64,000 nucleotides of DNA from Verrucomicrobiota bacterium (GTDB lineage: Bacteria; Verrucomicrobiota; Verrucomicrobiia; Limisphaerales; UBA11358): the NCBI GenBank assembly GCA_050010435.1, contig JBEKKZ010000008.1, positions 5,511 to 69,510 of the forward strand, in the 5' to 3' direction. The notes below the pieces were generated by a model. It was not told the DNA's origin, did not search any database, and saw nothing but the letters and a program-made list of their open reading frames with translations. Numbering within the stretch: position 1 is the stretch's first letter; the number at the start of each line of letters is the position of its first letter. Both the position numbers and the translations under genes were made by a program. Positions 1 through 8,143 of this stretch are shown here, piece after piece.

Positions 1-224
1 GTGCCTCCTCCGGCGGCGGAAGCCGTATCAATTGTTTTCTGAATGGCGGCGGTGTTCATCGTCCTGCCATTGCCGACCGCGCCGTAGTTGGTGACGTTGA
101 ATGTCGCGTTGGGAATCACCGGCAAAGGTATGCCTTGCGCCGGGACACCGGAGGCGCACGCGAGGACGAAGCCGGCAACCATTGCGGTGACACAAGTTTT
201 GGAAAGACTCGTGAAAAAATTCAT
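1..224 (-). CDS. Partial CDS (N-terminal part; runs off the window): secreted GH28/pectate-lyase-fold glycoside hydrolase-like protein
   Basis: Absent from the ORF track because there is no stop in the window. The reverse complement from ATG 224-222 reads MNFFTSLSKTCVTAMVAGFVLACASGVPAQGIPLPVIPNATFNVTNYGAVGNGRTMNTAAIQKTIDTASAAGGG. That is a signal peptide followed by the FNVxxYGAxGxG...NTxAIQxxID N-terminal motif typical of polygalacturonase-like proteins. Confidence 0.5.
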   Translation of the reverse strand, partial: MNFFTSLSKTCVTAMVAGFVLACASGVPAQGIPLPVIPNATFNVTNYGAVGNGRTMNTAAIQKTIDTASAAGGG

Positions 225-285
225 TTCGCAAGGGTAACGCCGCTCTGAGAAGGGTCAAGGTTTCAGCGCGGTTCACCATGGCACG

Positions 286-825
286 CTATGGCCGCGACAC
301 AAACGGATTGCCTTTGATGTAAAACCGCAAATGCCGCTTCGCCCAATACCGTGCGTAATCCACACCCACGCGCGGGCGCTTCACAATCACCACGGGTCCG
401 GCTTTCGGCGGCGCGGCGATGTAAAAATCGTCACTGAGCAGGTCGTGCGCGTTCAGGCGCCGGTCAATGTGCAGCGCGCGGCAGAGCAGGCCGGGGCCGC
501 ACGTCCGGCCCCCGACATTGCGCACCGGCTCGATGGCCCGCAACAACACGGCAGACGCATGACCTTCGCGCTCCGTCACCACGTTCATGCAGTGATACAT
601 CCCGTAGATGAAATAGACGTAGGCGTGGCCTGGCGGACCGAACATGACCTTGGTCCGCCCGGTCAGCCCCCGGGCCGAATGCGCCGCGAGATCGTGCGGG
701 CCGAGATACGCCTCCACCTCCACAATCCGGCCGACGCGCTCCCCGTGGACCAGGTATTTGCCCAGCAATTCCCTCGCGACTGTAATCGTGTCCCGGTCGT
801 AAAATGAGCGCGGCAACTTTCGCAT
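286..825 (-). CDS. mpg: DNA-3-methyladenine glycosylase (Mpg/AAG family)
   Basis: ORF 286..852; likely start is ATG 825 (MRKLPRSFYDRDT). Family-typical segments: LLGKYLV, IVEVEAYLGPHDLAAHS, GPPGHAYVYFIYGMYHCMNVV. Confidence 0.85.
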   Translation of the reverse strand: MRKLPRSFYDRDTITVARELLGKYLVHGERVGRIVEVEAYLGPHDLAAHSARGLTGRTKVMFGPPGHAYVYFIYGMYHCMNVVTEREGHASAVLLRAIEPVRNVGGRTCGPGLLCRALHIDRRLNAHDLLSDDFYIAAPPKAGPVVIVKRPRVGVDYARYWAKRHLRFYIKGNPFVSRP

Positions 826-1065
826 GGCGGCACTATACCAGAAACCAGGCAAAGAAAAATCTGTAGTGGGTCAGTTTGGTGGGGCGAACATACCCGCGAG
901 CCGTAAACCGAATGAAAGATGTCTTCATTTCGGCTCGCCGGTGGTCTCGCCTCGCCAGTCGCTGTGACACGGAAGTTTACGCGACGGCTTGGAGGCGGTT
1001 TGCGACAGCGGACGGATTGTTCTTGGAGAGAGACTTTGGCGCGGCAGCCGGTTAAATTCGCGCGC

Positions 1066-2373
1066 ATGAGTTCGCGACGGGTCATTGTGGTCGGCGGCGG
1101 CGCGGCGGGTTTTTTTGCCGCCATCACCTGCGCCGAGGCCGCGCCCGATGCCGAAGTGACGGTGCTCGAACGCGGCCCGCAGTTTCTCTCCAAAGTTCGC
1201 ATTTCCGGCGGCGGTCGCTGCAATGTCACTCATGCCTGCTTCGATGCGCGTGAATTGGCCGCCCGCTATCCGCGCGGCGGGCGGGCGTTGCTGGCGCCCT
1301 TCAAAAACTTTCAAGCGGGCGACACGGTGGCGTGGTTCGAATCGCGCGGCGTAAAGCTGAAAACCGAGGCCGACGGCCGGATGTTTCCCGTCAGCGATTC
1401 ATCACAGACCATCATGGATTGCCTGATGAGTGCCGCGAAAGCGGCGGGGGTGAAGTTGCGGCTCAATGCGGGCGTGGAGTCAGTCGTAAAAAATGCGGAT
1501 GGCAAGTTTGTCCTGATGCTTGGTAGGGCGGGCAGTCCTCTGCCCGACGTGGCAACGCGTGCCAACGACGGCGCGCAGGGGACTGCGCGCCCTACCGAAA
1601 AATCCGGCGAAAAAATCGCCTGCGACCGTCTGCTGCTGGCCACGGGCGGATGCCGCGCGGCGGTGGCGGGGCAATTGGCCGTGTCGCTCGGGCACACGCT
1701 GGAAGCGCCCGTGCCGTCGCTGTTCACGTTTCACATTGCAACGCCGTGGCTGCGCGCGCTGGCCGGTATTTCCGTCGAACCGGTCGAAGTATCCGTGCCG
1801 TCGGCAAAACTGCGCGAGTGCGGGCCGTTGCTGGTAACGCACTGGGGCTTGAGTGGCCCGGCGATTCTGCGGTTGTCGGCGTGGGGTGCGCGGGCGTTGC
1901 ACCGGTTGAATTACCGTTTCCCGCTGTTCGTGAACTGGCTGCCGAAACTTTCAACAGAACAAATCACCCGCGAATTTCAGGCCCGGCGCGAGGCGTCGGG
2001 CGCGCGGCTGGTGGTCAACGTGCCGGTGACGCCGTTGCCGGCACGATTGTGGGAACAGCTCGTCCTGGCCGCCGGCATTGCGCGCGACACGCGTTGGGCC
2101 GCGCTTTCGCGGGCCGCGCAACACCGGCTCGTCCAGCAATTGATCCGCACGGAATTCCCGGTCACGGGCAAGAGCCTGAACCAGGACGAATTCGTGACGT
2201 GCGGGGGAGTGCGATTGGGCGAGGTGAATTTCAAGACCATGGAAAGCCGGATTTGCCCCGGTCTGCACTTTGCCGGTGAACTGCTGGACATTGACGGCAT
2301 CACCGGCGGCTTCAATTTCCAGGCCGCGTGGACAACCGGCTGGCTGGCCGGCAAGGCCATGGCCGCGAAGTGA
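1066..2373 (+). CDS. HI0933/YhiN (BaiN)-like NAD(P)/FAD-dependent flavoprotein
   Basis: ORF 919..2373; start moved to ATG 1066 so that the Rossmann motif VIVVGGGAAGFFAAI is N-terminal. Also has RLLLATGG, LGHT and a C-terminal ITGGFNFQAAWTTG. Carries a 25-codon in-frame palindromic insert at 1522-1596. Confidence 0.85.
   Translation: MSSRRVIVVGGGAAGFFAAITCAEAAPDAEVTVLERGPQFLSKVRISGGGRCNVTHACFDARELAARYPRGGRALLAPFKNFQAGDTVAWFESRGVKLKTEADGRMFPVSDSSQTIMDCLMSAAKAAGVKLRLNAGVESVVKNADGKFVLMLGRAGSPLPDVATRANDGAQGTARPTEKSGEKIACDRLLLATGGCRAAVAGQLAVSLGHTLEAPVPSLFTFHIATPWLRALAGISVEPVEVSVPSAKLRECGPLLVTHWGLSGPAILRLSAWGARALHRLNYRFPLFVNWLPKLSTEQITREFQARREASGARLVVNVPVTPLPARLWEQLVLAAGIARDTRWAALSRAAQHRLVQQLIRTEFPVTGKSLNQDEFVTCGGVRLGEVNFKTMESRICPGLHFAGELLDIDGITGGFNFQAAWTTGWLAGKAMAAK
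1522..1596. repeat. 75-bp imperfect palindromic REP-like element (GGTAGGGC family) inside the coding sequence
   Basis: The left arm ggtagggcgggcagtcctctgc pairs with the right arm gcaggggactgcgcgccctacc. The reverse complement of the left arm differs from the right arm at 2 positions. Length is 75 nt, i.e. 25 codons, so the frame is kept. Confidence 0.8.
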
Positions 2374-2442
2374 ACCAAATAGCTGCGGAGCAGCAACAGA
2401 GGGTAGCCCACGGTGAAACCGTGGGTATCAATGGACAAATAG

Positions 2443-2461
2443 AAAAAGCCCCGGACGGGGC
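2443..2461 (-). terminator. Candidate rho-independent terminator of the ECF-fusion gene
   Basis: The minus-strand sense reads GCCCC-GTCC-GGGGC followed by TTTTT, located 25 nt downstream of the stop at 2485. Confidence 0.4.
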
Positions 2462-2484
2462 GAAAGAAATTTCCGTTGGCGAGG

Positions 2485-4857
2485 TCAGACGCGGGCTACT
2501 GTGGTTGCGGGAAGCGTTCGTTTCTTCCTTATCACCCGCCAGAGGATAAAGACCGTGCCCGCCATTAAAATGGAGATATACAGCAGTGCTGTCTTTCGCC
2601 ATGGCACACCATATCCAAAATCCCGGCCTTGAATCGAGGTTTGGAAGGTAATTTTGTTCTCCGCCAGAAGCGCGAGTGTGGATTCATCCGCCGGCGCGAC
2701 AAAGCCGGGGTAGTGCTTGCTCCCGGTCGGAGTAATCCAGAGCTCCTTGGAACCATTACTGTATTCGATGATCTCGAATCGAGTGTCCCGGCGTTCCGTG
2801 ATCATTTTTTGCGCTGACACTGCGGAAAGCGATTGCGTGTGCCAAGGAGTGACCAAACCCAGCAAAATGCCTGTCACGATCATCGGTAACGCAAGGCATA
2901 CGGCAACGGTCTTCGGTGACACCCACCACAGAAGGCGGGCGGCACCCGCTGTCAAAATGAAGATGCACAACAGCGATACCCACCGCCTTGGCCAAGTGTA
3001 TCCGAAATCCCGGCCTTGAACCAGCGTCTTACAAGCAATTCCTTTCTCCGCCAACAGCGCGAGCGTGGATTCGTCCGCCGGAGCAACAAAGTCGGGTCCC
3101 GCCAGAATACCCGCCCGGCTCGGCACGGTAATCCACAACTGCTTCGCTCCATCGTTTAATTGCACAACCTGGAATTGGCCGTCTTTGTAGTCGGTGATGA
3201 TTCTTTGCACCTCCGCCGCGGAAAGAGCCTGGAGAGTCCAGGGAGTGATCCGAACGAACGCCAGGGCTATCGCGAGCATTACCAGCGCAGCACACACGGT
3301 AACTATTTTCTTCTCTCTTCTCTCGACTCGCGGCGTGGTGGTTTCCTGTTGATAAAATTTTTGGGTTCCCGGTCGGCGCAGAAGCAGGACAGTGCCGGCC
3401 ACCACGATGAAGGTTGACAACAGCACCATCCATCCGCGGACGCCGCCGTTGTGGAAGTCCAGGTCTTCAATCAGAGTCGGATAAGTGATCCCCTTGTCGG
3501 TCAGTGCTGCAACCAGAGAGTCATTCAAAGGCGTCCTAAGGATGATCCGGTGATTCTCCGGGAGGGTGATTTCCAAAGACTTCGAGCCATCCCGGAATTG
3601 ACAAACCGTAAATCGGGCATCCTTGCGTTCAGAGATGATGCTCCGCGCCTCCGCCTCGGGAATGTACTTGGAGGACAACGTCCCGCCCGAGAAAAAGAGG
3701 GCAAACAGGAACGTCCCGATTATGCAAGCCGGCCCGATCATTCCCAGCGTAACCCAGAGATTGTACGATTTACTTGTCGTCCGGGTTGTTTCTACTTCGC
3801 TCCGGCGGGCGTCGCGCTTTCGCTGCCACACCCAGATGGCCAGGGCTGCTGTCACCAGCCAGTAAAATGCGGTCAACGACCACGTCTGCGTGTGGAAAAT
3901 CCAGGGATGGGAATGAATCAGCGAGTTGGGAACGAGTATTGGAGGCAGAACGAACACGAAGAAGCCGATGGCCAATGTGCGCCAGAACTGGATGATGCGT
4001 TTGCGCCCCAAGGGAGATTGCTGGCTGGTTCGCCCCATCTTGCGGCCGACCCAGCGGCCAAAGAATCCGAACACGCCAAACAGAGAAAAGAGAATCATCG
4101 CGCCACCCGTCAGGAACGTGCCCAACATTCCCGCGCCGGTTGCGGCCTTGGCGGCCGAGCCGCCCTTGGTCGCGGCAGCGGTTGCCGTCGCTGCCTTGGC
4201 CGTCGTGGCCAGCAATGGCAGGGCCGCAATCACGCCGAGCGTGAAGGTCTTGCCCGGACTGGTCTGCTTCAGCGCGCCGGCGACAAAGGCGAGGAATTGC
4301 TCCTGCAACAGCTTCCGTCCCCGTGACAACCGTTGCTTCACCGCGTCCTCGCTCAACTCCAGATCCTGCGCCACGGCCTCGATGGATTGGTGCTCGCGAT
4401 AAAACAGGACCAGCGGTTCGCGATAGATTTCCGGGATGCGTTCGAGCGAACGCCAGAGAATCGCCTTTTCCTCCTCGCTGATGACCTGGTCCGGCGGCAG
4501 CGGGTCCGGTGAGGCCCATTCATCCACCGCCGCCAGCGATTCGGCGGCATGAACCGGCTCGCGTCCCTGGCGCCGGAACTCCTTGCTGATGAGGAAACGG
4601 GTGATGCTGCACAACCAGGGCCGCAGCTTGGCCGGCTCACGCAGTTCCGCCAGTTGTTTCCAGGCGGACACGAAGGTTTCCTGGGCGAGGTCTTCGCTCT
4701 GGCTCACGTTGCCGGTGGCGCAATACGCCAGCGAGGAAATCAAGGTTTGATACCGTTCAACAATCCGGCGGAAGGCATCCCGGTTTCCGCCCAGGCTTTC
4801 GGCCACCAGCTCGGCATCGTTGAATTCCACAGTGTACATTGCTTCGGTTGTCATCAT
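2485..4857 (-). CDS. ECF (sigma-70 family) sigma factor fused to a polytopic membrane region with three tandem repeat modules
   Basis: ORF 2485..4968; start moved to ATG 4857 (MMTTEAMYTVEF). The N-terminal ~190 aa carry sigma regions 2 and 4 (FRRIVERYQTLISSLAY; EAVAQDLELSEDAVKQRLSRGRKLL). These are followed by hydrophobic segments and three repeat modules (DNA 3229-3666, 2833-3228, 2488-2832). Each module is a ~80-aa soluble domain plus TM helix/helices. Confidence 0.8.
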   Translation of the reverse strand: MMTTEAMYTVEFNDAELVAESLGGNRDAFRRIVERYQTLISSLAYCATGNVSQSEDLAQETFVSAWKQLAELREPAKLRPWLCSITRFLISKEFRRQGREPVHAAESLAAVDEWASPDPLPPDQVISEEEKAILWRSLERIPEIYREPLVLFYREHQSIEAVAQDLELSEDAVKQRLSRGRKLLQEQFLAFVAGALKQTSPGKTFTLGVIAALPLLATTAKAATATAAATKGGSAAKAATGAGMLGTFLTGGAMILFSLFGVFGFFGRWVGRKMGRTSQQSPLGRKRIIQFWRTLAIGFFVFVLPPILVPNSLIHSHPWIFHTQTWSLTAFYWLVTAALAIWVWQRKRDARRSEVETTRTTSKSYNLWVTLGMIGPACIIGTFLFALFFSGGTLSSKYIPEAEARSIISERKDARFTVCQFRDGSKSLEITLPENHRIILRTPLNDSLVAALTDKGITYPTLIEDLDFHNGGVRGWMVLLSTFIVVAGTVLLLRRPGTQKFYQQETTTPRVERREKKIVTVCAALVMLAIALAFVRITPWTLQALSAAEVQRIITDYKDGQFQVVQLNDGAKQLWITVPSRAGILAGPDFVAPADESTLALLAEKGIACKTLVQGRDFGYTWPRRWVSLLCIFILTAGAARLLWWVSPKTVAVCLALPMIVTGILLGLVTPWHTQSLSAVSAQKMITERRDTRFEIIEYSNGSKELWITPTGSKHYPGFVAPADESTLALLAENKITFQTSIQGRDFGYGVPWRKTALLYISILMAGTVFILWRVIRKKRTLPATTVARV

Positions 4858-4921
4858 ATCACCCTGTAAGCACCCGAAAAGGGCCAAAGGGTGACAAAGA
4901 AACGCATCAAAAGTGACGTCG

Positions 4922-4947
4922 TCAGATGGGGTACCGGATCTTGTTCC
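4922..4947 (-). promoter_or_regulatory. Candidate ECF-type promoter upstream of the ECF-fusion gene
   Basis: Minus-strand sense reads GGAAC (4947-4943), a 16-nt spacer, then TCTGA (4926-4922), about 65 nt upstream of ATG 4857. This resembles the RpoE-like GGAACTT-N16-TCTGA architecture. Confidence 0.3.
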
Positions 4948-4997
4948 GTGATAAGCGAGGTCAAACAACGTCCCACAGCCCGGCTGCCACGTTCAAC

Positions 4998-5026
4998 TTT
5001 ACATGCCAGCATTGCGGCCATAATCT
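4998..5026 (+). promoter_or_regulatory. Sigma70-like promoter of lipoprotein paralog 1
   Basis: TTTACA (4998-5003) followed by CATAAT (5019-5024) or TAATCT (5021-5026). The block is conserved almost base for base upstream of paralog 2. The ATG at 5033 lies only 7-9 nt after the -10 box. Confidence 0.45.
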
Positions 5027-5032
5027 CAGCAC

Positions 5033-5779
5033 ATGGCCAACGCGGCTCAACTTCCGAGGCGTTTCGCATTTTACCCGGTGCTCGCGTGTTTTCTTGGCGC
5101 GCTGCTGGTCGCCGGTTGCGGGAAACCGGCTGACGCTCCCAAAAGTCAGGTCACCGCGACCACCAATTCCACGCCGCCGCCGAAGGAAGCCGGTCCTGGC
5201 CCCGGTGAGAAGGTCTGTTTCGCGTGCAAAGGGGAAGGCACGGTGCCGTGTTTTGCGCCCGGTTGTGTGGATGGACAGGTGGATTGTCCGGCGCCTTGCA
5301 TCAAATTGAACAAGGGGGTCTGGGTGAAAATCCCCGGTCGCCCCGACCCAAATGAGACCATGCAATTGATCGTGGTTGATGGAAAGCAGGTGTGGGTTAG
5401 CAGTCATCATCCGGGGGTCACTTATACGTCGCGTGCTGACGGCGGCTGGGACATGCACACCTGCCCGGTTTGTAACGGCACCGGCAAGGTGAAATGCGAT
5501 GTCTGCAAGGGAACGGGAAAAGTAACCTGTCCGGTTTGCAACGGAAAGAAGTTCATTCCAGCCGCCTGGACGCCCACGGACAATCCGTATTTCAACCGCC
5601 AGCCTGACATAATCCGGCTGGCGGACGGGCGGGTGTTGCTGGGCCGGGTGGCGGCGTCGGTGGGCGACGATCGAACGATCGTCACGCGCGACAAAAAAAT
5701 CCTGCACGTGAAAGCCTCGGACATCCTGCCCAAGGCGGGGACAAATTTCCCCGCAGCGCCGGCTTCGCCGGCGAAATGA
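5033..5779 (+). CDS. Lipoprotein with a DnaJ-type cysteine-rich (CxxCxGxG) zinc-finger-like domain, paralog 1
   Basis: Signal peptide with lipobox LLVAGC. Motifs CFACKGEG, CPVCNGTG, CDVCKGTG and CPVCNGKK, plus CFAPGC...CPAPC. Paralogous to 12888..13649. Confidence 0.75.
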   Translation: MANAAQLPRRFAFYPVLACFLGALLVAGCGKPADAPKSQVTATTNSTPPPKEAGPGPGEKVCFACKGEGTVPCFAPGCVDGQVDCPAPCIKLNKGVWVKIPGRPDPNETMQLIVVDGKQVWVSSHHPGVTYTSRADGGWDMHTCPVCNGTGKVKCDVCKGTGKVTCPVCNGKKFIPAAWTPTDNPYFNRQPDIIRLADGRVLLGRVAASVGDDRTIVTRDKKILHVKASDILPKAGTNFPAAPASPAK

Positions 5780-5925
5780 TCGCGCGGGTTTTTACGCGAA
5801 TTGCCCGAATTTTCACGAATTGAATCTGCCGCACGACTTCAACAGTGGCCGCCGTTGAACCGGAGTGGCACCGGCACGTCGGCCTACCGCCTGGCCGCGT
5901 GAGACCGAAGGCCTTTTACGCGGCC

Positions 5926-6000
5926 TTGGCTGGAAAAGACCGGAATTTCCACCCGACCGGACAATTGCCGCCCGACCCGTAGCGCCAGCCGGCATTCGCC
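5926..6000 (+). repeat. ~75-bp repeat element, copy 1
   Basis: ctggctggaaaagaccggaatttccacccgaccggacaattgccgcccgacccgtagcgccagccggcattcgcc. A near-identical copy lies at 11660-11733. Confidence 0.7.
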
Positions 6001-6166
6001 GTCATAGTTTCGTTATTCATGGGGTCGTGCTTTGGCTCACACAATCACCTGAGACCGCTGACCCCTTCCAGTCGCGTCCGGTTCACAACGGAAGGTCGAG
6101 TGCGCTGATTTCGCGCGTGGCGCACATTCACTGACGAAGATTGAAGATGGCGGACGGTGCGCCGGG

Positions 6167-6961
6167 CTAATGGTTGAGGTCTTGTCTCACAAAAAGAATC
6201 AGGCCAACGACGAATGTGACGATGGCGGACACTCCGCATAACTCAATCATCTTCCACACTTCGGGACGCCATTGATAATCCATTCCCTGAGCGATCTGCA
6301 GGAGGTTCAGCCAGGAGTAAGTGATGTAGCGGGTGAAAATGTAGGGATCAAGTCCCGCCAGGTGCTTGGTGAACTCAATGACGAACAAGGTGCTGATGCC
6401 CACCGCCACGGCCGCTCCCGGAGTGCGAACGATGGTGGAGATCAAGATCCCATACATGACGAGGGCCGCCAGCGGAATCCAACTGAGCGCATAAGCCAAC
6501 AAGAATTGTTGCATCACCTGGTTCCGACTATAGACAACTCCTGCGGAATCGCCCACCGCGCCGAAGTGGTAATGGATCTTGGCCAGCGCCGCGGAGAAGA
6601 GCAGAGCGGCGATGGAGAGGACCACCATGTAAAACAACCCGATAACCGCCTTGGCCAGGTACAACTCCCAACGATGCACCGGAGCGGCCAGCGCGGCGCG
6701 GATCGTGCCGGCGCCCGTTTCTTCAGCCAGCAACATGGCGGCGAACACGATGATAAAAATCGGGCCAAGGTCCGTGAAGACCAGTTGCATCGAAAAACTG
6801 ACATAGCCCCAGGCGTTCGCCGTGGCTGTGTTGCTAAGCTGGCCGGCGATAAAATAAATGATCACGCACAACAGACCCACGGCGAAAATGCCGAAGTAAG
6901 GCAGCTTGCGGCGCACGGCCTTCACGACTTCGTTTCGCAATAACGGTACGAATTGGTTCAT
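6167..6961 (-). CDS. ABC-2 family transporter permease
   Basis: 264 aa with about six hydrophobic helices. Directly downstream of the ABC ATPase in the same orientation. Confidence 0.75.
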   Translation of the reverse strand: MNQFVPLLRNEVVKAVRRKLPYFGIFAVGLLCVIIYFIAGQLSNTATANAWGYVSFSMQLVFTDLGPIFIIVFAAMLLAEETGAGTIRAALAAPVHRWELYLAKAVIGLFYMVVLSIAALLFSAALAKIHYHFGAVGDSAGVVYSRNQVMQQFLLAYALSWIPLAALVMYGILISTIVRTPGAAVAVGISTLFVIEFTKHLAGLDPYIFTRYITYSWLNLLQIAQGMDYQWRPEVWKMIELCGVSAIVTFVVGLILFVRQDLNH

Positions 6962-6970
6962 TTTATAAAG

Positions 6971-7098
6971 GGTAGGGCAAAGCTGCCGCTTTGCCTGTTT
7001 TTGCCAGCGAGCGTAGCGATGCTGGCAATCGCAACGAGAAACAGCATCGTTGCGCTCGTTGTTTCAAAGTCAGGGCGGAGCAGCAGTTCCGCCCTCCC
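6971..7098 (+). repeat. ~128-bp GGTAGGGC-family REP/MITE-like element between the ABC ATPase and permease genes
   Basis: Starts ggtagggcaaagctgccgctttgcc (hairpin ggcaaagc/gctttgcc). Has internal hairpins gccagc...gctggc and gggcgga...tccgccc, and ends gccctccc. Homologous to the minus-orientation copy at ~12655-12797. Confidence 0.65.
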
Positions 7099-7114
7099 AT
7101 TTATGAGATGGGTT

Positions 7115-8143
7115 CTAGGCATAAGGTTTATCTCCCGCCGGCGGGGCCGTAGCGTGGCCTTGCGGCGCGTGAAGTCCGGCCTGCGCGGACGGAGCCGGGT
7201 TGATCGAAGATGGCACTTCGGCGCGGCGAAGTCCCGTGATGGATAGGAAAAACTCTTTCAAGGTCTTTTGTTTGGGCGCAATGGCCGAAACCCTGAACCC
7301 CGCCTGCTGCAGACATTGGTTCAGCCACGCGGAATCGTCCTGCGCCAGCGTGATCTCCATGGTATCCGCAGTAATGGTTTCCGCTTTCCGGATCTGTTCG
7401 TGCCGCGAAATGAAATCGCGATCAGGAATCCTGCCCTGGAAGGTGACCCGCACGATCCGTTCGTGCGGTTTCAACAGCTCCTTCACGCGGCCGGAAGCAA
7501 CCAGATGCCCGCGATTGATGACATAGACCGTGTCGCAAAATTCCTCGACTTCGGACATCAGATGGCTGGAAACAAAGATGGTGAGTCCGTCGTTCCTGAC
7601 CTTCTCCCGCAGGAACGAGAGCACTTCGTGGGTTCCCTCGGGATCCATCCCGTTGGTCGGCTCGTCCAGGATCAGGAGGCGTGGCCGGCCCAACAACGCC
7701 CGGCCGATGCCCAGACGCTGTTTCATGCCGGTCGAATAAACCCGCACGCGATCATGCTGCCGCTCCGCCAGGCCGATCCGTTCCAGAATTTCATCTATCT
7801 CACGCGTAGAGACGTGGTCGAGCAAACGGGCGGCGAGTTCGAGGTTCTTTCGGCCGGACAGGTACTCATAAAAAGCCGGCGTTTCCACAGTGATGCCCAC
7901 CGAGCGGATCGCCTTTTTGTAATCCTTCCAGATATCCACGCCGAAGAGGCGGATGCGCCCGTGGGTGGGTCGCACCAGCCGGGGGATGATATAAAGCGTG
8001 GTGCTCTTGCCCGCTCCGTTCGGTCCGAGAAACCCAGCCAGGTGTCCGGGTTCAACCTGCAAGGAAAGATGGTCCACCGCCTGAACGCGCCCAAATCGCT
8101 TGGAGACGTCTTCCAAAACCAGTGCTGGCGGAGATTCCATCAT
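7115..8143 (-). CDS. ABC transporter ATP-binding protein
   Basis: Walker A GPNGAGKST, signature YSTGMKQRLG, Walker B LLILDEPTNGMD. Has a C-terminal Pro/Ala-rich tail. Confidence 0.9.
   Translation of the reverse strand: MMESPPALVLEDVSKRFGRVQAVDHLSLQVEPGHLAGFLGPNGAGKSTTLYIIPRLVRPTHGRIRLFGVDIWKDYKKAIRSVGITVETPAFYEYLSGRKNLELAARLLDHVSTREIDEILERIGLAERQHDRVRVYSTGMKQRLGIGRALLGRPRLLILDEPTNGMDPEGTHEVLSFLREKVRNDGLTIFVSSHLMSEVEEFCDTVYVINRGHLVASGRVKELLKPHERIVRVTFQGRIPDRDFISRHEQIRKAETITADTMEITLAQDDSAWLNQCLQQAGFRVSAIAPKQKTLKEFFLSITGLRRAEVPSSINPAPSAQAGLHAPQGHATAPPAGDKPYA

Noticed and set aside
28-279. 83-aa minus-strand ORF at the window start.
   Set aside because: It is an out-of-frame shadow of the better-supported partial GH28-like CDS (ATG 224), whose translation has a signal peptide and family motif.
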